DNA from: Rubrivirga sp.
GTDB lineage: Bacteria; Bacteroidota; Rhodothermia; Rhodothermales; Rubricoccaceae
Assembly (NCBI GenBank): GCA_964229475.1
Contig: CAXRFJ010000605.1
Coordinates: 1 to 46,140, forward strand
DNA: 46,140 nucleotides
Reading direction: 5' to 3'
Within the stretch, counting starts at the first letter, position 1, and each line of letters begins with the position of its first letter. The notes under the pieces were generated by a model. The model saw nothing but the letters and a program-made list of their open reading frames with translations. It made no database searches and had not been told where the DNA came from. The position numbers were made by a program, and so were the translations under genes. This document shows positions 1 to 10,358 of this stretch, one piece after another.

Positions 1-1877
1 GTCGTCGGTGCCTCGCTCGGCGGGCCGGCGTCGGACTGGCGGAGCGAGAGCGGGCCGGCCGGCACGTCGGTCAGCGTCTGGACCGATCCGTCGGGCCAGA
101 CGACCTGCACGCGCTCGGCCTCCGCGGCGCCGCCGCGGCCGACCACCACGCGCGGGTCGACCGACGACAGGAAGCCGCGCGTCGGCTGGGCCTCGGCGGT
201 CTGGCGGAGGCTGTCCGTCCACACCGTCACGTGGGCCCCGGTCCCGAACGTGTTGGGCGCCGCGCCCTCGAGCGAGATCTGGAGCGCCGTCGCGCCCCGG
301 TCCGCGGCCCGGTTGAGGTAGATCGACGCCGGCGCGTTGACGTTGTTGACGACGAGGTCGAGGTCGCCGTCGCCGTCGAGGTCCACGGTCGCGGCGCCGT
401 TCGAGAACCCCTCCTCGCCGAGCCCCCACTCGGGCGCCTCCTCGAACCGGAACCCGCCGACGCCGCGGAACGCCTCGTTCGGGATTGCCACCTGCGGCAT
501 CTGCTCGAGGAGGGCGAGGTTCTCCTCCGTCATCCCCTGCTCCAGGTTCTGCTGGATCTGGGCGTCGGAGATGTAGTTGATGTAGTCGAGGTCGTTGGGG
601 CGGCGCCAGATGCCGTTCGTCACGAACAGGTCGCGGTGGCCGTCGAGGTCGAGGTCGGCGAGGAGCGCGGCCCAGCTCCAGTCGGTCGCCTCGATCCCGG
701 AGAGCGTGGCGACGTCCGAGAAGCGCGGCGTGCCGTCGGGGCCGGGCCCGCGGTTGATCTGGAGCGAGTTCCGAGCGACCTGGGGCCCGTAGCCGATCTG
801 CCGCTTGAACGCGTCGATGTCGTACGAGTCGTCGCCGGCCGCCGTCTGGCGGATCGCCTCGTCGCGCGGCATCATGTCGAGGACCACGAGGTCGGCGTCG
901 CCGTCGTTGTCGACGTCGGCGGCGTCGGCGCCCATCGAGAAGCGCGACGAGTGGGCGAGCGCCGTCTGCGAGACCTCGCGGAACGTGCCGTCGCCGTTGT
1001 TGAGGTAGACGAAGTCGTTCTCGTGGAAGTCGTTGCCGACGTAGAGGTCCGGCCAGCCGTCGCCGTCGAGGTCGCTCGCCACGACCGACAGGCCGTAGCC
1101 CGAGATGCCGCTCGTGATGCCGGCCTCGTCGGTGACCTCGGTGAAGCGCGGCAGCTGGCCCGCCTCGGAGTCGTTGCGGTAGAGCCGGTCGCCGGAGCGC
1201 TCGTCGCGGACGCGCGTCTCCTCGGGCCGCTCGTACGTCCGGTCGGTGTGGACGGCGTGGTTGAGGAGGTAGGCGTCGAGGTCGCCGTCGCGGTCGTAGT
1301 CGAAGAACGTGGCCTGCGTGCCGAACCCCTCGAAGTCGAGCCCGACCTCGGCCGCGGCCTCGCGGAAGCGCGGGACGCCGTCCGGCCCCGGCCCCTCGTT
1401 GAGGAACAGCTCGTTCCGCCCGCGCTGCCCCTGGTAGGCACCGAGGGCCGAGACGTAGAGGTCGAGCCGACCGTCCCCGTCGACGTCGGCCATCGTCACG
1501 CCGAAGTCCCAGTCGCTCGTGCCGCCGACCCCGGCCGCCTCGGTCACGTCCTCGAACCGGACCGGGCCGCCCGGCTCCGTCCGGTTGAGGTAGAGCGCGT
1601 TCGGGCCCTCGTTCTGGGTGAAGTAGAGGTCGGGCCGGCCGTCGCCGTCCACGTCGCCCGCGGCCACGCCGCCGCCGTTGAAGTAGTAGAGGTAGTTGAG
1701 GATGTTGAACGAGGCGTCCTCGGCGAGCGCGTTCTCGAACACGACCCCGCTCTCGGCCGGGTCGAGGCGGACGAACAGGGCGTCCTCGCCGCCGCCGCCG
1801 CACCCGCCGACGAGCGCCGCCAGCAGGGCGACGGCGAGCGCCGACGGGCGGGTCGCTAGGGTCCGAGCCATACGCAT
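1..1877 (-). CDS. FG-GAP/VCBS-repeat, ASPIC/UnbV (CRTAC1-like) lipoprotein; 3' end runs off the window
   Basis: Absent from the ORF track because there is no stop in the window. Manual reading gives MRMARTLATRPSALAVALLAALVGGC (lipobox), NILNYLYYFNGGGVAAGDVDGDGRPDLY, repeated D-x-D-G-D-G-x-x-D motifs and ASPIC-like QPTRGFLSSVDPRVVVG...VVWPDG. In-frame ATGs at 1889, 1877 and 1871; 1889 lies inside a repeat. Confidence 0.88.
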   Translation of the reverse strand, partial: MRMARTLATRPSALAVALLAALVGGCGGGGEDALFVRLDPAESGVVFENALAEDASFNILNYLYYFNGGGVAAGDVDGDGRPDLYFTQNEGPNALYLNRTEPGGPVRFEDVTEAAGVGGTSDWDFGVTMADVDGDGRLDLYVSALGAYQGQRGRNELFLNEGPGPDGVPRFREAAAEVGLDFEGFGTQATFFDYDRDGDLDAYLLNHAVHTDRTYERPEETRVRDERSGDRLYRNDSEAGQLPRFTEVTDEAGITSGISGYGLSVVASDLDGDGWPDLYVGNDFHENDFVYLNNGDGTFREVSQTALAHSSRFSMGADAADVDNDGDADLVVLDMMPRDEAIRQTAAGDDSYDIDAFKRQIGYGPQVARNSLQINRGPGPDGTPRFSDVATLSGIEATDWSWAALLADLDLDGHRDLFVTNGIWRRPNDLDYINYISDAQIQQNLEQGMTEENLALLEQMPQVAIPNEAFRGVGGFRFEEAPEWGLGEEGFSNGAATVDLDGDGDLDLVVNNVNAPASIYLNRAADRGATALQISLEGAAPNTFGTGAHVTVWTDSLRQTAEAQPTRGFLSSVDPRVVVGRGGAAEAERVQVVWPDGSVQTLTDVPAGPLSLRQSDAGPPSEAPT

Positions 1878-1883
1878 CAGTGT

Positions 1884-1994
1884 TGTCATCCTGAACGGAG
1901 GGAAGGATCTCGGCGCCATCGGGCGAGCGTGCGGCACGGGTCTCAACGGCCAGCGAGGCGACGCTGAGATCCTCTGCGTTCGCTCCGGATGGCA
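1884..1994. repeat. Intergenic imperfect inverted repeat (REP/MITE-like)
   Basis: Left arm TGTCATCCTGAACGGAGGGAAGGATCTC (1884-1911); right arm GAGATCCTCTGCGTTCGCTCCGGATGGCA (1966-1994). Confidence 0.65.
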
Positions 1995-2035
1995 GGGCAG
2001 ACGGATGGGCTCGACTCCAGGACAGCGGTGGTCGC

Positions 2036-5000
2036 TCACCGCGCGGCCACCGGCTCGGGCGCGGGCCCGACGGCGAAGACGACCGGCGCGTCGTCGTTGC
2101 GGACGGCCACGACGACGTCGCCCGACGGCGTCCCGAGGCGGACGAGGCCGCGGACCTCGCCGCGCATGCGGAAGCCGCTGGCGGCGACGGCCTGGAACCC
2201 GCCCGCGCCGTCGCCGCGGAGGAACGCGCCGAGCGACGACGCCTGCCGGCCGAGGTCGGGCTTGAGCCCGTCGCGGTTGCCGGCGAGCAGGAGGTCGAGG
2301 GAGCCGTCGCCGTCGCCGTCGAGCGCGAGCGCGGCGGTCATCGGGGCGAGCTGGGCCTCGAACGGGAGCCGCCGGACGGCCCACGCCCCCCCCTCGTTGA
2401 GGAGCACGACCGTCGCCAGCTCCGACGCCTCGGAGACGGTGGCGAGTTCGAGCTGCGACGGCGTCAGGAGGTCCTCGACCCGCTTGCCGACGTAGGTGCT
2501 CGGCGTGAGGTACTCGCGCTTGAGGCCGGGCAGCTGCTTCGTCAGCTCGTTGCGGAGGGCGAAGGGCAGGCTCCGGCCGCGGTTGACGACGGAGATCAGC
2601 GGGTCCGTCTGGCCGTTCGCGTCGAAGTCGCCGAGGTGGAGCCGCATGGGCTCCTCGGGGCTGGCGCGGAAGCGACTGTTGAGGCCCCAGTTGGCGCCGA
2701 CAAGGTCGGCGTCGCCGTCGCCGTCGAGGTCGGCCGCCGCGAGGCGCTGCCAGAGGCCGGACGTGCCGGGGATCGGGGCGGACGTGAACCGGCCGCCGTC
2801 GTTCGTCCAGACCGTGACCGGCCGCCAGCCGGCCGCCGTCGCGAGGTCCTGGTCGCCGTCGCCGTCGAGGTCCGCGAACACGGCGCCGGCCACCATGCCG
2901 ACGGCGTCGAGGCCGGGCGCCGCGCTCCGCGTCACGTCGACGAGGCGGGGCGCGCCGGGCCGGCCGTCGTTGCGGAGGAGCGCGCTCCGGGGCGTCACGC
3001 CGTAGGCGCCCGGCACGATCGCCGCGCCGACGAACAGGTCGAGGTCGCCGTCGCCGTCCCAGTCGGCCGCGGCGACGGCGCCGGTGCTCTCGGTGAGGCT
3101 CGGGACGGCGCCCTCGGGCGCGGCCTCGAACCCACCCGCGCCGTCGTTGAGGTAGAGCCGGTCGCGGAGGACCGGATCGGCCGCGGGCGGCTCGTAGCCG
3201 CCGGAGCCGACGTAGAGGTCGAGGTCGCCGTCGGCGTCGGCGTCGAGGAAGGCGGCGGCGACGTCCTCCGCCGGGGCGTCGGCGGCGAAGGCCGCGGGTG
3301 TGACGAGCGCGAACCGCCCGCCGCGCTGCATCCACAGGACGCCCGGCTGGCCCGCCGCGCCGCCGAGGAACAGGTCGTCGAACCCGTCGCCGTCCACGTC
3401 GCCGACGGCCACGGCCGGGCCCTCTTCGGAGTACGTCCGCGGCATGAGCAGCTCGCGGTCGAAGTCCATGTACGCGTTCTCCGCGTGCCGCCAGTCGGGG
3501 GCAACCGCGGCGGTCACGTCGCGGAAGAGCGCATCGCCCGGCGCCGGCGCCACGAGCGGACGCGCCGCGCCGGTCGCCTCGGTTTGGCGGAGCGTGAGCG
3601 CGCCGGCCGGCACGCCGTCGAGCACCTGCACCCACCCGCCTGGCCAGCGGACCACGACCGAGTCCGCCTCGGTGGCCTCGCCGAGGCCGACGTGGAGGAC
3701 CGGGCTCACGCTCGACTGGAAGCCGCGCGTCGGGACGGCCTCGCGGACCTGGACGCGCCCGCCCGTCCACACGGCCACCTTCGCCCCGATCCCGCCCGTG
3801 TTGCCGCCGGCGCCCTCCAGCGTGATGGCGAGGGCGCGACGCTCGGGAAACCGCTCGGCCGCGTGGTTGAGGTAGAAGCTCGCCGGCGTGTTGACGTTGT
3901 TGACGACGAGGTCGAGGTCGCCGTCGCCGTCGAAGTCGGCCGTGGCAGCGCCGTTCGAGTAGCTGGCCTCGTTGAGCCCCCACTCGGGCGCGCGGCGGAA
4001 CGCGACCGAGTCGCCGACGGAGACGTTCGCGAAGGCGAGGTTCTCGAGCGGCGTGCTCGGCATCTCCTCGGAGAGCCCGAGGTAGTCGACGCCCTCGCCG
4101 GTCGCCATGGCCTCGCGCGTCTGCGTGTCGGCGAGGAAGGCGATGTAGTCCTGGTCCGTCACGTCGCGCAGGATGCCGTTCGTGACGTAGAGGTCGGGCC
4201 GCGCGTCGAGGTCGAGGTCGGCGAAGAGCGCGGCCCAGCTCCAGTCCGTGTCGGCGACGCCGGCGAGGCTAGCGATCTCCGAGAACGCGAGGGCGTCGCC
4301 GAGGGCCCCGTCGTTCCGCTGGAGCGTGTTGCGCATGAACTGGTGGTGGTACCCGTTCTGCACCTTCGCGCGGTAGAGGTTGTGGCCCTCGTACGACGAG
4401 GACCCCTTGAGCCGGTCGTCGTCCCACGGCAGCATGTCGACGACGAACACCTCGGGCCGGCCGTCGCCGGTGAGGTCGGCCATGTCGGCGCCCATCGACG
4501 AGAGGCTGATGGCCGGCATCGAGGCCTCGAGCGTCTCCTCGAACGTGCCGTCGCCGCGGTTGAGGTAGAGGTAGTCGCGCTCGAAAAAGTCGTTCGATAC
4601 GTAGACGTCGAGGTCGCCGTCGTCGTCCACGTCGCCGAGCGTGACGCCCAGGCCGAAGGCGATCTCGGAGCCGTAGACGCCCGCCGCGGCGCTCACGGCG
4701 ACGAACCGGGGCGCCTCGCCGTGCGCGGCGTCGTTGCGGTAGAGCTTGTCGCCGCCGCCCTCGTGCCGCTCGTCGCGGATGTTGCGGAGGCCGAACGACG
4801 AGACGGGCCGGAACGAGTTGTTGAGGACGTAGAGGTCGAGGTCGCCGTCGTTGTCGGCGTCGAAGAAGGCGCCGTGCGTCGAGGTCCCCTCGTCGGCCAC
4901 GCCCCACGCCTCGGCCACGTCCTCGAAGCGGGGCACGCCGTCCGGCCCCGGCCCCAGGTTGCGGAAGAGCTCGTTGGCCCGGTCGTCGCCGTCGACGTTG

Positions 5001-5416
5001 CCGGCGTTGGAGACGTAGAGGTCGAGCCGCCCGTCGCCGTCCACGTCGGCGACCGAGACGCCGGTGCTCCAGGCGTGCGCGCCGGCCACCCCGGCGGCCT
5101 CGGTGACGTCCTCGAAGCGGACCGCGCCGCCGGGCTCGGTCCGGTTCAGGAACAGCCGGTTCGGCCCCTGGTTGGCCGTGAGGTAGACGTCCGGCCGGCC
5201 GTCGCCGTCGAGGTCGCCCACACCCACCCCGCCGCCGTTGAAGAAGTTGCGGTAGGTGAAGACGTTGACGTCCTGGCTCTCCTCGATCCGGTTTTCGAAG
5301 GCGAGGCCGGTCTCCTCGGCCGGCAGCGACGCGAAGAGGGCCGCCTCGTCCGGCCTGCCGGCGCACCCCGCCAGCGCGGCGGTCACGAGCAGGCAGAGCA
5401 GGGGCAGCGGGCGCAT
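2036..5416 (-). CDS. FG-GAP/VCBS-repeat, ASPIC/UnbV (CRTAC1-like) lipoprotein, ~1126 aa
   Basis: ORF 2036..5563 trimmed to MRPLPLLCLLVTAALAGC (lipobox). Many DxDGDGxxD repeats, central ASPIC motif PTRGFQSSVSPVLHVGLG...VVVRWPGG, then a second FG-GAP propeller. Confidence 0.9.
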   Translation of the reverse strand: MRPLPLLCLLVTAALAGCAGRPDEAALFASLPAEETGLAFENRIEESQDVNVFTYRNFFNGGGVGVGDLDGDGRPDVYLTANQGPNRLFLNRTEPGGAVRFEDVTEAAGVAGAHAWSTGVSVADVDGDGRLDLYVSNAGNVDGDDRANELFRNLGPGPDGVPRFEDVAEAWGVADEGTSTHGAFFDADNDGDLDLYVLNNSFRPVSSFGLRNIRDERHEGGGDKLYRNDAAHGEAPRFVAVSAAAGVYGSEIAFGLGVTLGDVDDDGDLDVYVSNDFFERDYLYLNRGDGTFEETLEASMPAISLSSMGADMADLTGDGRPEVFVVDMLPWDDDRLKGSSSYEGHNLYRAKVQNGYHHQFMRNTLQRNDGALGDALAFSEIASLAGVADTDWSWAALFADLDLDARPDLYVTNGILRDVTDQDYIAFLADTQTREAMATGEGVDYLGLSEEMPSTPLENLAFANVSVGDSVAFRRAPEWGLNEASYSNGAATADFDGDGDLDLVVNNVNTPASFYLNHAAERFPERRALAITLEGAGGNTGGIGAKVAVWTGGRVQVREAVPTRGFQSSVSPVLHVGLGEATEADSVVVRWPGGWVQVLDGVPAGALTLRQTEATGAARPLVAPAPGDALFRDVTAAVAPDWRHAENAYMDFDRELLMPRTYSEEGPAVAVGDVDGDGFDDLFLGGAAGQPGVLWMQRGGRFALVTPAAFAADAPAEDVAAAFLDADADGDLDLYVGSGGYEPPAADPVLRDRLYLNDGAGGFEAAPEGAVPSLTESTGAVAAADWDGDGDLDLFVGAAIVPGAYGVTPRSALLRNDGRPGAPRLVDVTRSAAPGLDAVGMVAGAVFADLDGDGDQDLATAAGWRPVTVWTNDGGRFTSAPIPGTSGLWQRLAAADLDGDGDADLVGANWGLNSRFRASPEEPMRLHLGDFDANGQTDPLISVVNRGRSLPFALRNELTKQLPGLKREYLTPSTYVGKRVEDLLTPSQLELATVSEASELATVVLLNEGGAWAVRRLPFEAQLAPMTAALALDGDGDGSLDLLLAGNRDGLKPDLGRQASSLGAFLRGDGAGGFQAVAASGFRMRGEVRGLVRLGTPSGDVVVAVRNDDAPVVFAVGPAPEPVAAR

Positions 5417-5519
5417 GCGAGGGCGAGGGGCGGGGGCCGACGGGCCGGTCGGAGCGCCGCCGCGCCGGCGCGCGGCGGCCGTCGCGCAATCTACGGTGGC
5501 GGCGGGGCCGCCTCGACGC

Positions 5520-5554
5520 AGAGCGCCCCGTCCTCCGGGAGGGCGGGGCGCTCT
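5520..5554. terminator. GC-rich hairpin downstream of susD (terminator or mRNA stabiliser)
   Basis: AGAGCGCCCCG-TCCTC-CGG-GAGGG-CGGGGCGCTCT; no U-tract. Confidence 0.45.
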
Positions 5555-5575
5555 CAACGTCAAGGCAGGCGCGGG

Positions 5576-7159
5576 TTAGTACCCCGCGTTCTGCTGCAGG
5601 AGGCCGTCCGACGCGTCGATCTGGATCTGCGGGATCGGGAACAGCACGCGGTACCCCTGGCTGGCGTCCTTGAACGACCAGGCGCTGGTGAACCGGCCGA
5701 ACCGGACGAGGTCCTGGCGGCGCCGCGCCTCGTAGGTCAGCTCGAAGAGCCGCTCGGCGAGGAGGCCGTCGAGGTCGATCGAGCCCAGCGTCGGCGCGCC
5801 GACGCGGGCGCGGAGCGTGTTGACGTCGGCCAGCGCGCCGCCGGCGTCGCCGCTCCGGAGCCGGGCCTCCGCCCGGATCAGGTACATCTCGCCGAGGCGG
5901 AAGTAGGCGTAGTCGTTGCCGTGGTTACCGTTCGGCCCGCGGTCCGGGTCCACGTTGAACTTGTTGATCCGGACGCCATTGGCCTCCGTCGCCGCGCCGT
6001 TGACGCCGTTCGGGTAGTCGACGGTGAACACGAGCGGCTGGCCCGCGCGGTTGTTGATCGCGTCGGCCGCCGTGCACGCGCGGTCGCGGATGCCGGCCGG
6101 GTCGCACTGGTCCTGGTTGTAGGCCTGGCCCTGGAGGAAGATGACCCGGCGCGGGTCGTCCGCCGAGAACGCGTTGTAGGTGTCGGCGATGGTGGCGAAG
6201 CCGTTCCAGCCGCCGCCCGCGAACGAGTTGTAGTGGCCCCAGCGGTGCGCGAAGTTGAGGCCGTAGCCGTCCTCCGGCAGGTGCTGCACCACGAAGACCT
6301 GCTCCGGGTTGTCCTGGTTGTTCGGCCCGAACTGGCTGTACCAGGCCGCGAGGCCCTGGTTGAGCTGGTACGGCCCGTTGATCACGCGCGTGGCCGCGTC
6401 GATGGCGTCCTGGTAGCGCGGGGCGCCCGGCTGGAGGCCGCTCGCCGTGACCGTGCCCGTGAAGACGGGCGCGTTGATGAACAGGTTGGCGAGGATCGCG
6501 TCGGCCGCGCCCTGCGAGAACCGGCCGCCGTTGCCGGCCCCGGCCACCGGGAGCTCGGTGCGGACCGCCTGGAGCTCGCTCACGACGAAGTTGAAGACGG
6601 TCTCGCGCGTCTCCGTCGGCGGGAGGTTGTCGGGGTCCGTCGAGTACTCGCCCTCCTCGTCGCCGATGAGCGGGATGTTCCCGAACAGGTCGAGGAGCGT
6701 GTAGTAGTAGAACGCGCGGAGCGCGCGGACCTCGGCGACGATGCCGGCCTTGTTCGGGACGTCGACGGTCTCGAGGTCCCGGAGGAGGCTGTTGGCGCGG
6801 GCCACGCCCGCGTAGGAGGCCGTCCAGGCGTCGTTGAGGTCGACGAGCGACGGGCTCCACGTGTGCCGGTGCATGTCGAGCCAGCGACCGCCGTCGCCCC
6901 AGTCGCCGCCCCGCGTCGGGACGATGCTCTCGTCGGACGAGACCTGGCTGAGGTTGTGGTAGGCCCAGAGCGTGGCCCGGAGCTGCGAGTAGACCGGCGA
7001 GAGCGCGGCGATGACCTCGGTCTCGGTCTGGTAGAAGTTCTCCGGCGTGACGGCGCTGTACGGGTCGACCGTGAGGTCGGTGCAGCCCGCCAGCCCGAAG
7101 GCGGGCGCGAGGAGCACTCCGAGGAGGGCGGCGCGCGCGCGGGTGGATAGCGTGTTCAT
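5576..7159 (-). CDS. susD: RagB/SusD family nutrient-uptake lipoprotein
   Basis: Lipobox LAGC; AEVRALRAFYYYTLLDLFGNIP; FRLGEMYLIRAEA; ERLFELTYEARRRQDLVRFG; C-terminal QNAGY; lies directly downstream of susC. Confidence 0.95.
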   Translation of the reverse strand: MNTLSTRARAALLGVLLAPAFGLAGCTDLTVDPYSAVTPENFYQTETEVIAALSPVYSQLRATLWAYHNLSQVSSDESIVPTRGGDWGDGGRWLDMHRHTWSPSLVDLNDAWTASYAGVARANSLLRDLETVDVPNKAGIVAEVRALRAFYYYTLLDLFGNIPLIGDEEGEYSTDPDNLPPTETRETVFNFVVSELQAVRTELPVAGAGNGGRFSQGAADAILANLFINAPVFTGTVTASGLQPGAPRYQDAIDAATRVINGPYQLNQGLAAWYSQFGPNNQDNPEQVFVVQHLPEDGYGLNFAHRWGHYNSFAGGGWNGFATIADTYNAFSADDPRRVIFLQGQAYNQDQCDPAGIRDRACTAADAINNRAGQPLVFTVDYPNGVNGAATEANGVRINKFNVDPDRGPNGNHGNDYAYFRLGEMYLIRAEARLRSGDAGGALADVNTLRARVGAPTLGSIDLDGLLAERLFELTYEARRRQDLVRFGRFTSAWSFKDASQGYRVLFPIPQIQIDASDGLLQQNAGY

Positions 7160-7170
7160 GGAATCGGAGG

Positions 7171-7203
7171 GGCGGGGCCGGGGCGCAGGGGACCGGCCCC
7201 GCC
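7171..7203. other. Hairpin in the susC-susD spacer
   Basis: GGCGGGGCCGG-N11-CCGGCCCCGCC, a perfect 11-bp stem. Confidence 0.45.
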
Positions 7204-7235
7204 GGTGTTTTAGAGAGTGGCGGCGGAGGTCGGCG

Positions 7236-10200
7236 CTAGAGCCCGAGGTTCACGCCGAGCGTGAACGTCCGGGCGCGCGGGCGGGCGAGGTAGTCCACGC
7301 CGACCGACGAGATCCCGTCGGCCGAGGCGCCCGGCGAGTTGACCTCCGGGTCGAGCCCGGAGTAGGGCGTCAGGACGAACAGGTTGTTCCCCGTCAGGAA
7401 GACCCGCGCGTTGCGGATCTGGGGGAGCACCTGGCCCAGCCGGTACTCGAGCGTGAGCTGGTCGAGCCGCAGGAACGACGCGTCCTCGATGTAGCGCGAC
7501 GAGAACGTCGGCGACTCGACGACGGCCTCGTCGGCGTCGTACTCGAGGTCGAGGAAGTTCCGGTTCGAGCCGACGCTCCGCGTCCCGTAGACGAGCGCCG
7601 TGTTGTTGAACAGCTCGCGGCCCTGCTCGCCGCGGAAGAACGCGCGGACGCCGAAGTCGCCGAACGCCGCGTTCAGGCGGACGCCGTAGCTGAAGTCCGG
7701 CCGCGGGCTCCCGAGCTTGACGCGGTCGTCGTCGCCCGGCGCGTCGGTCGTCCCGTTCGCCTGGCGCTCGAGCGGCCCGATCACGCCGTCGCCGTCGAGG
7801 TCCACGGCGTCGTAGTTGACGAAGATCGGCTCGCCGGCCCCGTTGTAGTCGCCGGTGAACTCGTAGCCGTAGAAGATCGGGAACTCCTCGCCCGGCGTGA
7901 GCAGGAGCGACTGGCCGCCCGACTGGCCCTCCCCCGAGATGTTGCCGGTGAACAGCTGCGTCGCGCCGCCGAGGTCGATCACCTCGTTCCGGTTCGTGTT
8001 GAACGTGAGGCCGAGCGTGAAGCTCGACGCGTCGTTCTCGAAGAGGAGCGCGTCGAGGGCGAGGTCGACGCCCGTGTTCCGCAGCGAGCCCACGTTCTGG
8101 ACCTGCGTCGGGACGACGTCGGCCAGGACCGGGACGTTGAGGAGCAGGTCGTTCGTCGTGTTCCGGTAGAACTCGACCGACCCGTAGAACCGGTCGCTCA
8201 GGAGCCGGTAGTCGAGGCCGACCGTGACCTCCTCCTTCTGCTCCCACTGGAGGTCCGGGTTGGCCAGCTGGCTCGGCGCGTAGCCCGGGACGATGATCCC
8301 GTTGAGCACGGCCGAGTTGGCCGGGTTCGCCGCGAGGAGCGGGAGGAACAGGTAGTCGCCGATGGCCTGGTTGCCCACGACGCCGTAGCCGGCGCGGAGG
8401 CGGAGGTCGGTGACGGCCGTGCCGCCGTCGAAGAACGGCTCGGCCGAGATCCGCCAGGCGCCCGAGACGGCCGGGAACAGGGCGTACCGGTTGTCCTCCG
8501 AGAACCGCGACGAGCCGTCGTAGCGGACCGAGCCCGTGAGGAAGTACCGGTCGTCGTAGTTCACGTTGGCGCGCGAGAAGAACGACGCCAGGAGGTTGTC
8601 GGCGCGGTACGAGAAGGTGCCCGGGCCGGCGTTGTTGCCGTTGATCGCGATCGTCCCCGACTGGAGGAGGTTGTCCTCGGTGAAGTCGGTCACGAAGCTC
8701 GTCGTCTGGACCGACGTCTCGCTCACGTTGAACTCCTGGTACTCGTAGCCGCCGAGGAGGTCGTAGTTCACCTTCTCGCCGAGCTCACTGGCCCAGGTGA
8801 GGTAGGTCGAGATCGTCGCCGAGGTCCGCTCGAGCGTCCGCCGGTAGGCCGAGCCGCCGTTCGTGGTGGCCGTGGCGAACTCCTGGCCGAGCGGGCTCTG
8901 GGCCGGCGTGTACGCCCGGCGCGTGCCGACGGACCGGTCGCCGCCGACGTTGAGCGACGCCGTGAGGCCCTCGACGAGGTCGACCTCGGCCACGACGTTG
9001 CCGAGCGTCCGGACGGTCCGGGCCGTCTCGTCGATCTGGTTGGCGAGGGCGACCGGGTTGCGGAACGACCGCTGGCCCTCGATCTCGTAGTACCCGTCGA
9101 GCTGGCTGTCGTCGGTGACCGGCGCGATCGGGCGGAACTGGATGACGTTCTGGAACAGGCCGCCCTCGAACCCGCCGACGTCGTTGGCCGCGACGAAGTC
9201 GTCGTCCGTCAGCGCCGACGTGAGGTTGAGGCGCAGCCGGACGCGGTTGTCGAAGAGCTGGTTGTTCGCGTTGAGCCGGGCCGTGACCCGCTCCTGGCCC
9301 TCCGAGAGCACGATCCCCTGGTTGTTGAGGTAGCTCACGCTGGCCCGGTACTGCGTCGTCGTCGTGCCGCCGCCGAACGAGAGGTTGTGCGACTGGGTCA
9401 CCCCCGTCCGGAAGATCTCGTCGACCCAGTTCGTGTTGAACGCGTTGACGTTGAGGTTGGCGTCGGGGCCCGTGAGCGCGTCGTTGCCGAAGTTGTCGCG
9501 GACGAACTGGCGGTACTCGTCGCCCGTGAGGACGTCGTAGGTCGAGGCCGCCGACGAGAACGACGTCGAGCCCTCGTAGTCGACCGTCACGCGCCCTTCG
9601 GACCCGTCCTTCGTCGTGATGAGGATGACGCCGTTGGCGCCCCGCGAGCCGTAGATGGCCGTCGCCGAGGCGTCCTTGAGCACCGTCACCGACTCGATGT
9701 CGTTCGGGTTGATGAGCGTGAGCGGGTTCCGCGGGGGGCCCGAGGAGACCTGCCCGGCGCCGCCCGGCGTGACGTTGTCGCCCGAGACCGGGATGCCGTC
9801 GATGACGTACAGCGGCTCGTTCGAGGCCGTGATCGACGTGCCGCCGCGGATCTGGACGGACACGGCCGCGCCGGGCTCGCCCGAGTTCTCGATCACGTTG
9901 ACGCCGGCCACGCGGCCCTCGAGAAAGTCGGTCGGGGCCGTGACGAGGCCCTGGTTCGCGTCGTCGATGTCGACGGTCGCGACGGACGCCGTGACGTCGC
10001 CGCGGCGCTGCGTGCCGTAGCCGACGACGACGACCTCGTCGAGGACGTCCGAGTCCTCCTCGAGCCGGACGTCGATGACCGACCGGCTGCCGACCGTCTC
10101 GCGGGTCTCGAGGTAGCCGAGGAAGCGGTAGACGAGGACGGCGCCGGGGCCGTCGACGTCGATGGAGTATTCGCCGTCGACGTTCGTGGCCGCACCGCGG

Positions 10201-10358
10201 GTGGTGCCCACGATGGTGACGTTGACGAAGGGAAGGGGGTCGCCGCTGGCGGCGTCCGTGACCGTTCCGGTCACCGTTCGGGACTGGGCCGCGGCCGGGG
10301 CCGAGCCGAGCGCGAACAGCAGAGCGGCCAGCCCCAGGAGGGTAGCGTTCCGACGCAT
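7236..10358 (-). CDS. susC: SusC/RagA family TonB-dependent outer-membrane transporter
   Basis: Signal peptide, carboxypeptidase-regulatory-like N-domain, LDEVVVVGYG, SusC signature NPNDIESVTVLKDASATAIYGSRGANGVILITTK, ANPDLQWE, C-terminal beta strand RTFTLGVNLGL. Confidence 0.97.
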   Translation of the reverse strand: MRRNATLLGLAALLFALGSAPAAAQSRTVTGTVTDAASGDPLPFVNVTIVGTTRGAATNVDGEYSIDVDGPGAVLVYRFLGYLETRETVGSRSVIDVRLEEDSDVLDEVVVVGYGTQRRGDVTASVATVDIDDANQGLVTAPTDFLEGRVAGVNVIENSGEPGAAVSVQIRGGTSITASNEPLYVIDGIPVSGDNVTPGGAGQVSSGPPRNPLTLINPNDIESVTVLKDASATAIYGSRGANGVILITTKDGSEGRVTVDYEGSTSFSSAASTYDVLTGDEYRQFVRDNFGNDALTGPDANLNVNAFNTNWVDEIFRTGVTQSHNLSFGGGTTTTQYRASVSYLNNQGIVLSEGQERVTARLNANNQLFDNRVRLRLNLTSALTDDDFVAANDVGGFEGGLFQNVIQFRPIAPVTDDSQLDGYYEIEGQRSFRNPVALANQIDETARTVRTLGNVVAEVDLVEGLTASLNVGGDRSVGTRRAYTPAQSPLGQEFATATTNGGSAYRRTLERTSATISTYLTWASELGEKVNYDLLGGYEYQEFNVSETSVQTTSFVTDFTEDNLLQSGTIAINGNNAGPGTFSYRADNLLASFFSRANVNYDDRYFLTGSVRYDGSSRFSEDNRYALFPAVSGAWRISAEPFFDGGTAVTDLRLRAGYGVVGNQAIGDYLFLPLLAANPANSAVLNGIIVPGYAPSQLANPDLQWEQKEEVTVGLDYRLLSDRFYGSVEFYRNTTNDLLLNVPVLADVVPTQVQNVGSLRNTGVDLALDALLFENDASSFTLGLTFNTNRNEVIDLGGATQLFTGNISGEGQSGGQSLLLTPGEEFPIFYGYEFTGDYNGAGEPIFVNYDAVDLDGDGVIGPLERQANGTTDAPGDDDRVKLGSPRPDFSYGVRLNAAFGDFGVRAFFRGEQGRELFNNTALVYGTRSVGSNRNFLDLEYDADEAVVESPTFSSRYIEDASFLRLDQLTLEYRLGQVLPQIRNARVFLTGNNLFVLTPYSGLDPEVNSPGASADGISSVGVDYLARPRARTFTLGVNLGL

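Noticed and set aside
7720-7815. EF-hand-like DLDGDGVIG loop in SusC
   Set aside because: A common feature of SusC barrels, not unusual.
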